From contig OZ257143.1 of NCBI GenBank assembly GCA_965279305.1, positions 750,001 to 782,000 of the forward strand: a stretch of DNA of 32,000 bases, written 5' to 3'. Source of the stretch: Gammaproteobacteria bacterium (GTDB lineage: Bacteria; Pseudomonadota; Gammaproteobacteria; JBIOEC01). Under the pieces are notes generated by a model. It saw only the letters and a program-made list of their open reading frames with translations, made no database searches and was not told the DNA's origin. This document shows positions 8,587 to 16,870 of this stretch, one piece after another. The stretch's first letter is position 1; the number at the start of each line of letters is the position of its first letter. The position numbers and the translations under genes were made by a program.

Positions 8587-10824
8587 ATGTCTATAAAAAA
8601 AATAGTTTTTCTATCTACTGCATTATTTTTAAATATATTTATGGGGCAAGCTCTAGCAGCTGAAAAAGCGCCTACTTTTCTTATTACACGAAATTCAATA
8701 ACGCCTGCCACTATTGATCTTCCTGCTTTGAACGAAATAACCGTTTATTTTAATGTAAAAAATGAATCTCCACAGCGGTTTCCCGCTATTGATGTAATAG
8801 CAAGCAGTTTGCCTGCAGGTGTGTCAGTAACTACAAATGGGAATACTTCTTGTGTGGTTAAAACTCAACCTTTAGCAGCGGGTGCTACTTGTGTATTGGG
8901 TTTAAGTGTAGTGGGAATTAAACAAGGAGATAGTTTTGTTATTGCTCCACAAGTGTGTGATTCCACAGGCACTTATTGCTCTGTTCCTGATCTTAATAAC
9001 CGCGTTACAATTAATGTAACAGCTGGTGGTGGGGGTGGTGGTGGAACTGTAATTATTAGTGCGCCTGCAAGAGCGGCTTTATTGGTAGCGAGCAGTCCAC
9101 TCACTACCATGGGAGAAACTCAGATCACCGTAAACAATTTAAGTTTGGATGCCGCTACCGATGTAACTATACTTACATCAGTATTGCCTACTGATTATCA
9201 AAATGCTATTGATTCAGTGAGTACATGCGCAACTATTCCTGCTAGTGGTTCTTGCGTTATCACTATTGTTACTAAAACAGGTGTTACTGCGTCACAACCC
9301 AGTGCTACCACTCTTATTGTTGGGGATAATACTATTAATACACCTATTGATTTGTGGTTAGGTGCTTTAACGGTTTCACCAAATGATCAGCAATTATTCC
9401 AATTCCCTGCACTAGTTGTTAACCAAACACCAGCATATCAAACAGCAATTTCAGGGAGTATTGAGTTTAATAGCCTCACTTTTTCTACTGATGTAGATAC
9501 CTTTTTTGAATGGTGTACAACAGGGGTGTGTACTGATCCTTGTACACTCAATAATGCGGTGGGCAATTCATGCACGGCATGGACGCAAGCAAACCTGCCA
9601 GTCGCCCAAGATTTTACTGGGCTAACATTTAATACCATTATGGCACTCTCTGAAACAGGTGTTGCTTACGCTTATGAGCCAACAACAGATTATACCTTAG
9701 GTTTGTATGCCGGCACTTTCGAAAACGGTATTCAATTTTGGAATGGAACAACATGGGATACGCTTATCGCTGGTGGCGGTAATCTATTTACAAATGTCGT
9801 GTTATGGAATAACAATCTTTATATAGGGGGTCCTTTCTCGAATTTAGACAGCGTTTCAGGAGCAACTGGTATTGCTCTTTATAATAACTTAGATATATTC
9901 CCTCTCAGTACTGGGCTTGGTATAACAGGTGGATCGGCTGGTTTAAAAGGGGCTATTGCTATGGTGCCTGCAGGAAGTGATCTGTTAGTTGGAGGTGCGT
10001 TTGATAGTGCTGGCGGTACGCCCGTTAATAATATTGCTTCATGGGATGGAACAACCTGGAGCGCTCTAGGCGGCGGTATAGGTGTAGGTAATAATGCCAC
10101 CGTGTTTAGCATAGCGGTAGCGGGTGGTACTGATATTTATGCTACCGGAGTTTTTTCAGAAGTTAATAATGCAGCCGATGATGCCAATAATATTGCATTT
10201 TTCGATGGCACAACTTGGGCTCCTCTCATTGATACTGTTACTCCTGATACTGGTGGTGGTATTTCTGGTCCTGGTCGATCAGTGCTTGAATGTGCATCTG
10301 GGTTTATTTGTGTGGGTGGTAGTTTTAGCAAAGTGGCTACTGGCAATAGCGCATCAGGATTCCCTGCCAATAATGTGGGAGCCTGGAATATTGGTTCGCA
10401 AATATGGACTTCACTAGGAGCGAATGGTGGAGGTGTGGGTGTTGGTGGGTCGCCAGGGATTCTGTCAAGTGATCTTATCCTTTTCAATACTAATCTTTAT
10501 TCAACAGGTGCATTTACTACTGCCAATAATAATACTACATCTGCTAATAATATTGCTTTTTTTAATCTAGGTACCAATCTTTGGTCGGCGACTGATGTAA
10601 ATGGTTTAAATGGCGCTTCAAACTTTGAAGTGGTTTGGAATGGCAAATTATACGTAGCAGGTTGTTTCACCACAGCCGGGGGCTCACCAGCTGCGGGTGC
10701 CGCGTATTGGACGGGAGCTAGTTGGGTGTCTATTGCCACTGGGTTTGATTCAAGTGCGTGTGGAGGCCCAGTTGGTGCTGCAGTAGGTGGTATGAGTGTT
10801 GCTTCAACTGCAGTATTCCAGTAG
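8587..10824 (+). CDS. secreted multidomain protein: signal peptide, two Cys-paired Ig-like modules split by a Gly7 linker, Cys-rich connector, C-terminal beta-propeller repeats
   Basis: A GAGGAG Shine-Dalgarno lies 10 nt upstream of the ATG at 8587; an alternative ATG is at 8569. The signal peptide is MSIKKIVFLSTALFLNIFMGQALA|AEK. There is no lipobox. The repeated motif is ..LY(V/S)(G/T)G.F......NNIA.(W/F)(D/N)G..W..L. The track ORF start at 8500 overlaps the upstream gene and is unlikely. Confidence 0.8.
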   Translation: MSIKKIVFLSTALFLNIFMGQALAAEKAPTFLITRNSITPATIDLPALNEITVYFNVKNESPQRFPAIDVIASSLPAGVSVTTNGNTSCVVKTQPLAAGATCVLGLSVVGIKQGDSFVIAPQVCDSTGTYCSVPDLNNRVTINVTAGGGGGGGTVIISAPARAALLVASSPLTTMGETQITVNNLSLDAATDVTILTSVLPTDYQNAIDSVSTCATIPASGSCVITIVTKTGVTASQPSATTLIVGDNTINTPIDLWLGALTVSPNDQQLFQFPALVVNQTPAYQTAISGSIEFNSLTFSTDVDTFFEWCTTGVCTDPCTLNNAVGNSCTAWTQANLPVAQDFTGLTFNTIMALSETGVAYAYEPTTDYTLGLYAGTFENGIQFWNGTTWDTLIAGGGNLFTNVVLWNNNLYIGGPFSNLDSVSGATGIALYNNLDIFPLSTGLGITGGSAGLKGAIAMVPAGSDLLVGGAFDSAGGTPVNNIASWDGTTWSALGGGIGVGNNATVFSIAVAGGTDIYATGVFSEVNNAADDANNIAFFDGTTWAPLIDTVTPDTGGGISGPGRSVLECASGFICVGGSFSKVATGNSASGFPANNVGAWNIGSQIWTSLGANGGGVGVGGSPGILSSDLILFNTNLYSTGAFTTANNNTTSANNIAFFNLGTNLWSATDVNGLNGASNFEVVWNGKLYVAGCFTTAGGSPAAGAAYWTGASWVSIATGFDSSACGGPVGAAVGGMSVASTAVFQ
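9709..10770 (+). repeat. about six to seven tandem 50-61-aa intragenic repeats (beta-propeller blades) inside the 8587-10824 CDS
   Basis: Blade-end motifs: GIQFWNGTTWDTL (about 9727), NNIASWDGTTWSAL (10027), NNIAFFDGTTWAPL (10186), NNVGAWNIGSQIWTSL (10369), NNIAFFNLGTNLWSA (10546), AAYWTGASWVSI (10698). The DNA 11-mer AATAATATTGC recurs at 10027, 10186 and 10546. Confidence 0.65.
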
Positions 10825-10837
10825 TTGTTTTGATGAT

Positions 10838-10864
10838 AGCGCTAGGGTTCATTACGCTAGCGCT
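10838..10864. terminator. hairpin between convergent genes (possible bidirectional terminator)
   Basis: AGCGCTAG (10838-10845) and CTAGCGCT (10857-10864) form an 8-bp perfect stem with an 11-nt loop. It sits between the stop at 10824 (+) and the stop at 10877 (-). There is no strong U-tract on either side, so function is uncertain. Confidence 0.4.
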
Positions 10865-10876
10865 TAATGTCTTCAG

Positions 10877-13800
10877 CTACTGGGTTTCAGTAGCCTCGTC
10901 ACCATCACTTAAGTGTTCTTCATGTTCAGGTTGATGATGCACTTTCGCTAACACCATATACATAGCAGGCACTACAAACAGTGTAAACAACGTACCTATT
11001 GAAATACCTGATGCAATCACCAGTCCGATATTATAACGGCTTGCAGCGCCTGCACCGGTGGCGAGTATTAAAGGAATAACGCCTAATACCATTGCTGCTG
11101 TCGTCATTAAGATAGGTCTTAAACGAATAGCAGCAGCCATTACAACGGCTTCTCTTTTACTCTTACCTTCTAGTTGTAAATCATTAGCAAACTGCACAAT
11201 CAAAATACCATGTTTACTAATTAAACCAATCAGTGTAACTAAGCCTACTTCAGAATAAATATTTAAGCTTGCGCCGCCAAATCCTAAATTAATAAACACT
11301 AATGCACCAAAGATAGATAAAGGTACGCTTATAAGTACGGTAAGTGGATCTTTAAAGCTTTCAAATAGTGCTGCTAAACAAAGATAAATAATAATGAGTG
11401 CGAAAACGAAGGTGAGTAGTAATGCACTACCTTCTTGAATAAATTGTCTAGACTCACCTGCGTAATCTACGCTATAGCCTTCAGGTAATACTTCATCAGC
11501 AATCGATTTTAAAGTAGTTAATGCATCTCCTAAGGTAACACCAGGAAAAGCTACCCCTGAAATGGTTGAAGAATTTAATTGTTGAAAATGGTTAATGGAT
11601 TCAGGTAATACGTCTGTTGTAATAGAAGCCACCGTAGAAAGTGGAATAGAAGTTCCAGTACTATTATTTATATGATAATTTAAAACTTGATCGTAGTTTA
11701 AACGTTCATCTCGTTTCATTTGTGGGATCACTTGGTAAGAGCGACCGGCTAAATCAAAATAGTTCACATAGTTTTGGCTTAATGCAGCCGCTAAAGAATT
11801 ACCCACTTGTTGTAAAGTTAAACCTAATTGAGCCGTTTTATCTCTATCAATTTTAATAGTGGCTTGTAGTTTATCCACTTTTAGATCTTTATCGATATAA
11901 GCAAACATTTGGCTTGCATTAGCTTTTTCCATAAAAGCATCTACCACTTCGTTTAATCTATCATAAGATTCGGTAGTATTAATAACAAACTGAATAGGTA
12001 AGCCGCTGCTTCCAGGTAAAGGTGGTGGTTGGAACGTTGCAATTTTAGCGCCAGTGATTTGCGCTACTTGTTTTTGTACTTCTGGCATTAATTCATCAGC
12101 CGTTCTATCACGTTCATCCCAGGGCTTTAATACCATTCCACCAAATGAAGTATTTAAACCATTGGAGCCATCTAACCTAAAAACATGGTCAGTTTCTGGA
12201 AAGCTAGTAGCAATATGAAAGTATTCATTTGAAAATAACATGGTTTGGTAAATGCTGGCATTAGGCGCTGTAGTCATTTGTGATAAAATAATTCCCTGAT
12301 CTTCAGGAGGAGAGAGTTCAAATTTAGAAGTAGTATAAAGAAAATAAAGACTCACAAAAATAATTCCACCAAAAACTAACGTGACTGGAATAAAATTAAG
12401 AGAATTATCTAGCATAGCTTCATATTTATGATGTAGATTATCAAAATGCTTATCTACAAATTCAGTAAATCGATTTTTATTTTCCGAGCTTTCTGCTTTT
12501 AACATTTTCGCGCACATCATCGGCGAAAGTGTTAGTGCAATCACTGCAGAAATAGCGACTGAGCCAGCTAAGGTAAAAGCAAATTCTGTAAATAATGCTC
12601 CCGTTAAACCTTGCATAAAACCAATAGGTAAATAAACAGCAATCAATACCACAGAGATCGCGATAATAGGATTCGCTAATTCTCTCGCACTAATAATAGC
12701 GGCATCATAAGGAGATAAGCCATCATGAATATGTCGATGTACGTTTTCCACAACGATAATCGCATCATCCACCACTAAGCCGATAGCCAATACAATGGCT
12801 AATAAGGTAAGAAGGTTAATAGAGTATCCAAACATGAGCATAATAAAAAAAGTACCAATCAATGACAAAGGGATCGCTATAACGGGAATACTCACAGAGC
12901 GCAGGCTTCCTAAAAAGACAAAAACAACCACGGTTACTATCAGTAAGGCTTCAATAAGAGAGCTTACTACTTCACTAATAGAAGCATCAATAAAGGCAGT
13001 AGCGTCATAAACAACTCTACCATCTAACCCTACGGGCAATTGCTGTTGTATTTGTGAAAACGCTTTTTTTACACCATCAATTACGGTAAGCACGTTTGCA
13101 CTGGGTGCCACCAATATACCAATATAAACCGCATCATTTTCATCAAAACTTACAGAGCTATTATATGATTGTGCACCTAAGCTAACAGTAGCTACATCAC
13201 CTAATCTAACCGTAGCGCCATTTTGATATTTAATAATTAATTCACGGAATTCATCCACAGAAGTTAAGTTGGTATCTACAGCGAGATTCACCGCAACCAT
13301 TTGTCCGTCAGTGCGTCCTGCGGCGGCAATAAAATCGTTAGCCGCTAATGCGGCTCTAACATCGGCGGCTGTTAAATTATAAGCGGCTAATTTAGTGGGA
13401 TCTAACCAAGCTCTTAAAGCAAATTGGCGCATACCTAAAATTTGCGCTTGTTGTACGCCAGGTACCGATTGTAATTTAGGTTGAACTACGCGGATCAGAT
13501 AATCGGTAATATTATTACGTCCTAATACGCTGCTATAAAAACCTAAATACATAGAGTCAATGGTTTGTCCGATCGCAACCGAAACAGCAGGAGGTTGTGT
13601 GTCGGGTGGTAGTTGATTGAGCACCGCACTGATTTGTGTATTAATTTCACTTAGCGTGGCGTTGTAATCATAATTAAGACGCAAGTAAGCCTGAATAGTA
13701 CTAGTGCCTAATGTACTACTTGATGTCATGTAATCAATACCATTGGCTTGCGCAATCGAATTTTCTAAAGGCGTGGTAATAAATCCGGCAATAATTTCGG

Positions 13801-13975
13801 GGTTCGCGCCTACATAATTGGTATTAATCGTTACTACGGCATTTTCGGTGTATGGGTATTGCATCACATTAAGTACAAATCCTGATCGTACACCCAATAC
13901 CAAAATAATAAGACTAACAACAGTAGCCAAAACAGGCCTCTGAATAAAAATATCAGTATATTTCATATTATTCAT
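10877..13975 (-). CDS. RND (HAE-1 type) efflux transporter permease, AcrB/MdtB/MdtC-like
   Basis: The N-terminus FIQRPVLATVVSLIILVLG, the TM4 proton-relay motif GLVVDDAIIVVENV and the TM10 lysine (LISKHGILIVQFAN) are present. About 1030 aa with 12-TM architecture. The start may instead be the ATG at 13966, 1 nt after the MFP stop. Confidence 0.95.
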   Translation of the reverse strand: MNNMKYTDIFIQRPVLATVVSLIILVLGVRSGFVLNVMQYPYTENAVVTINTNYVGANPEIIAGFITTPLENSIAQANGIDYMTSSSTLGTSTIQAYLRLNYDYNATLSEINTQISAVLNQLPPDTQPPAVSVAIGQTIDSMYLGFYSSVLGRNNITDYLIRVVQPKLQSVPGVQQAQILGMRQFALRAWLDPTKLAAYNLTAADVRAALAANDFIAAAGRTDGQMVAVNLAVDTNLTSVDEFRELIIKYQNGATVRLGDVATVSLGAQSYNSSVSFDENDAVYIGILVAPSANVLTVIDGVKKAFSQIQQQLPVGLDGRVVYDATAFIDASISEVVSSLIEALLIVTVVVFVFLGSLRSVSIPVIAIPLSLIGTFFIMLMFGYSINLLTLLAIVLAIGLVVDDAIIVVENVHRHIHDGLSPYDAAIISARELANPIIAISVVLIAVYLPIGFMQGLTGALFTEFAFTLAGSVAISAVIALTLSPMMCAKMLKAESSENKNRFTEFVDKHFDNLHHKYEAMLDNSLNFIPVTLVFGGIIFVSLYFLYTTSKFELSPPEDQGIILSQMTTAPNASIYQTMLFSNEYFHIATSFPETDHVFRLDGSNGLNTSFGGMVLKPWDERDRTADELMPEVQKQVAQITGAKIATFQPPPLPGSSGLPIQFVINTTESYDRLNEVVDAFMEKANASQMFAYIDKDLKVDKLQATIKIDRDKTAQLGLTLQQVGNSLAAALSQNYVNYFDLAGRSYQVIPQMKRDERLNYDQVLNYHINNSTGTSIPLSTVASITTDVLPESINHFQQLNSSTISGVAFPGVTLGDALTTLKSIADEVLPEGYSVDYAGESRQFIQEGSALLLTFVFALIIIYLCLAALFESFKDPLTVLISVPLSIFGALVFINLGFGGASLNIYSEVGLVTLIGLISKHGILIVQFANDLQLEGKSKREAVVMAAAIRLRPILMTTAAMVLGVIPLILATGAGAASRYNIGLVIASGISIGTLFTLFVVPAMYMVLAKVHHQPEHEEHLSDGDEATETQ

Positions 13976-15098
13976 CTACCGTATGAGGGTTAGCATCGTT
14001 GCTAGGAACCACACTATTGTTGACAGTAATTAATGCGTTATTTTTTAATTTTACTTGGCCGCTGGTGACTACTTCCTCGCCTTCTTTAACACCTTCCAAT
14101 ACTTGAATTTGATCACCTCGAGTTTCACCCGTAATAACAAACTTTTGTTTAGCGATTAATTGTTTGCTTCCATCAGTTACATTTTCTTCTGGCACCACCT
14201 GATAGACAATACTACCGTAAGGGTTATAGCTAATGGCTGTTTGGGGTAATGTTAATTTTCGCATGGGAGCGCCAGTAATCACTTCAATACGAGCAAACAT
14301 ACCAGGCAATAATTCTTTATCTGGATTTTCGATAGTGGCCTCAATGACTACGTTGCGTGTGCTCACATCAATAATAGGGTTGATAGTGGTAATTTCCCCG
14401 CTGAATGTACGATGTGGGTAACTATCGGTGGTGATATTAACGGTTTGTCCTAATGCTACATTCAATAATTGTTGTTCAGGAATATAGAAATTGACGTAAA
14501 TAGGATCGAGTGCTTGCAAGGTAACAACAGGATCACCAGGGTTTAAATATTGCCCTTGATCTACTTGCGAAATACCGAGTTTTCCTGAAAATGGGGCAGA
14601 AATAGTTTTTTTAGCAATGATGGCTTTTTGTTGCTCTACTTGTGCTAACTGATTTTTTAAATTGGCTTCATCAGTATCTACGGTTGCTTTGCTGATAGCA
14701 TTGATAGCATATTGTGCTTTATCGCGCTCTAGCGTGATTCGGGCTAATTCTGCTGTCGCTTCTAATGATTTTAAGGCGGCTAATTGTTCGTTAACATTGA
14801 GCTGTATCAAAATATCGCCTGCTTCCACTTCGTCACCAGGCACAAAAAAAACATCTCGAACTAAACCTGCCACCTCAGTGGTCACATCAACACCTTGTAC
14901 CGCACGCACACTTCCTGTCGCAGTTAGTACAGATGGCCATTCTTGATTCGATGCTTTAATGGTAGAAACGGAAATGGGGGCGCTAAATTGTGCGCTGATA
15001 TATTGTTTTATCATCATGCCTTTAAATACTTTAAAGCCAAACACCAGCACTAAAATAAGTCCTACTATTCCTAACATGATCAGCATGCGAGTTTTCAT
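13968..15098 (-). CDS. efflux RND transporter periplasmic adaptor (membrane fusion protein)
   Basis: An N-terminal TM anchor is followed by a lipoyl/hairpin pattern (VDVTTEVAGLVRDVFFVPGDEVEAGDILIQL ... coiled coil ... ISAPFSGKLG). The start overlaps the OMF stop (ATGA). Confidence 0.9.
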   Translation of the reverse strand: MKTRMLIMLGIVGLILVLVFGFKVFKGMMIKQYISAQFSAPISVSTIKASNQEWPSVLTATGSVRAVQGVDVTTEVAGLVRDVFFVPGDEVEAGDILIQLNVNEQLAALKSLEATAELARITLERDKAQYAINAISKATVDTDEANLKNQLAQVEQQKAIIAKKTISAPFSGKLGISQVDQGQYLNPGDPVVTLQALDPIYVNFYIPEQQLLNVALGQTVNITTDSYPHRTFSGEITTINPIIDVSTRNVVIEATIENPDKELLPGMFARIEVITGAPMRKLTLPQTAISYNPYGSIVYQVVPEENVTDGSKQLIAKQKFVITGETRGDQIQVLEGVKEGEEVVTSGQVKLKNNALITVNNSVVPSNDANPHTVDE

Positions 15099-16708
15099 TT
15101 TACATCTTCCTTCTCGGTATCATAGTGGTCTTCCATTTCTGAGGTATAGAACCAACCACCTTCTAAATGTTCTCGTTTATTTTCTGCAATTTCTTCTATA
15201 TCGTTACGATTCCACCAACCCCCACCCATAGCTTGAAATAAGGCGGCAGTATCGGTGTAACGAGTGGCTTCCACTAAAATACGAGAAATATAGGCTTGGC
15301 GATATTGCATTTGAGCGTAAAGCAATGCTAAGTAATTAGTACCGCCCAAGAAATATTGTTGTTCAATGAGATCAAGACTTTCTTTAGCGGCATCTTCTGA
15401 TGCCTTTGCCGCTTTTAAAGCCAGCGCATTCATTTCCAAAGCATTTAACACATCAGACACATTTTTAAACGCGTTTAAAACGGTAAATTGATATTGCGCA
15501 TAAGCCGCTTCAAATGCATCTACTGACGCCGCACGTTGAGCAATTAAAGATCCACCCGCAAAAAAAGTTTGCATCACTTGCGATTTCCAATTCCACAAAA
15601 TAGTTTCTGGACCAAATAAATTGTTAAAAACATTGGACTGTGATGCGTATTGCCCGGTAATGGTAAAATTAGGGAGTAAATTAGCGGTGGCTACACCAAT
15701 TTGAGCAGTAGAGGCATGGAGTAATGCTTCTGCCGCTTGAATATCAGGTCTTTGTTTTACCAAACGAGAAGGTAAGCTTACCGGTAAATTAGTGGGTAAA
15801 TGTAAATTGTCTAAATGAAATTCTGGTAATCCGGCGTTTCCTGGAAAATCTCCTACCAGTATCGCTAAAGAGCTGCGGGCTTGTGCTAGATTTTTTTGTA
15901 GAGCAGGCAAGGTTGCACGGGTCGCTTCTAGCTGAGTTTTTTGAGCAAGTACGCTGGTTTTTGATACGCCACCTAATTCAAATTGCTTTTGGGTAATATC
16001 TAATTCTTTTTGTTCTGAATCAATAATATCTTGAGTCGCTTTAATTTGTTCTCGCAAAGAAGCTTCGGTAATAGCCGTGGTAACAATATTCGATGTTAGC
16101 GTTAGGTAAGCGGCTTCAACTTGATAACGTTGATAATCCACTTGCGCTACTAGTGTTTCAATCGCACGACGGTTAGCGCCAAATACGTCTAGCGTGTAAG
16201 CAATGTTAAATGTACCTGTGTAAAGATTGAAAGGAGGAAACTCTCTACTGAAAACATCTTCGATAGATCCAGGAACACTAATACCACTCGTAGTACCAAA
16301 TGGTGGGTTTTGTATGCGCGAATCAGATAATCCACCGGTGACGGTAGGCAACATGGTAGAACCAAATAATGCACGTAAATTTTCTTGGGCTTGGTTGAGC
16401 GTTGCTTCAGCGGCTTGCAGAGTAGGGTTGTTTTCTATCCCTCTCTCAATTAAGACATTCAGTTCTTCGGAATGAAAAAGTGTCCACCATTCTGCTGGGA
16501 TCTCTTTGCCAAGTTCAATGATTTGCGCTTGTCCGCCTTCCTTTATGTCAGGAATCGATTCTGTTTTTTTAGGAATGGGATTTTCGGTATAACTTTTTAC
16601 TTTAGGCGCATTAGGGGATTTAAAATCAGGGCCTACGGCACAGCCAATTATTAGCAAAGGCATGAGGAGCAAAAGGGGATTAAGAGCTGGCTTGTTGCAT
16701 CCGTGCAT
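15095..16708 (-). CDS. efflux outer-membrane factor lipoprotein (NodT/OprM family)
   Basis: The lipobox is LLIIGC|AVGPDF. TolC-like duplicated repeats are present (RPDIQAAEALLHA...). The family end-motif ALFQAMGGGWW is followed by an extra acidic tail of about 40 aa. Confidence 0.9.
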   Translation of the reverse strand: MHGCNKPALNPLLLLMPLLIIGCAVGPDFKSPNAPKVKSYTENPIPKKTESIPDIKEGGQAQIIELGKEIPAEWWTLFHSEELNVLIERGIENNPTLQAAEATLNQAQENLRALFGSTMLPTVTGGLSDSRIQNPPFGTTSGISVPGSIEDVFSREFPPFNLYTGTFNIAYTLDVFGANRRAIETLVAQVDYQRYQVEAAYLTLTSNIVTTAITEASLREQIKATQDIIDSEQKELDITQKQFELGGVSKTSVLAQKTQLEATRATLPALQKNLAQARSSLAILVGDFPGNAGLPEFHLDNLHLPTNLPVSLPSRLVKQRPDIQAAEALLHASTAQIGVATANLLPNFTITGQYASQSNVFNNLFGPETILWNWKSQVMQTFFAGGSLIAQRAASVDAFEAAYAQYQFTVLNAFKNVSDVLNALEMNALALKAAKASEDAAKESLDLIEQQYFLGGTNYLALLYAQMQYRQAYISRILVEATRYTDTAALFQAMGGGWWNRNDIEEIAENKREHLEGGWFYTSEMEDHYDTEKEDVK

Positions 16709-16815
16709 TTAGCTTTTTTATCCTGTTTTTAGACAGTCCTACTTTAAAGGAATGACGTATCAGAGTCAATGTTTTTGGCTGGAAAATACCCTTAAAAATC
16801 CGATAAAAATAGTTC

Positions 16816-16843
16816 TTGCACTGAGGTCTAGTTGGTATACACT
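16816..16843 (+). promoter_or_regulatory. possible sigma-70 promoter for speA
   Basis: TTGCAC (16816-16821), a 16-nt spacer, then TACACT (16838-16843), ending about 28 nt upstream of the speA ATG. A GAGG Shine-Dalgarno is at 16863-16866. Only a moderate match. Confidence 0.25.
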
Positions 16844-16870
16844 AGCGATATTTTTCACCTATGAGGCAGA

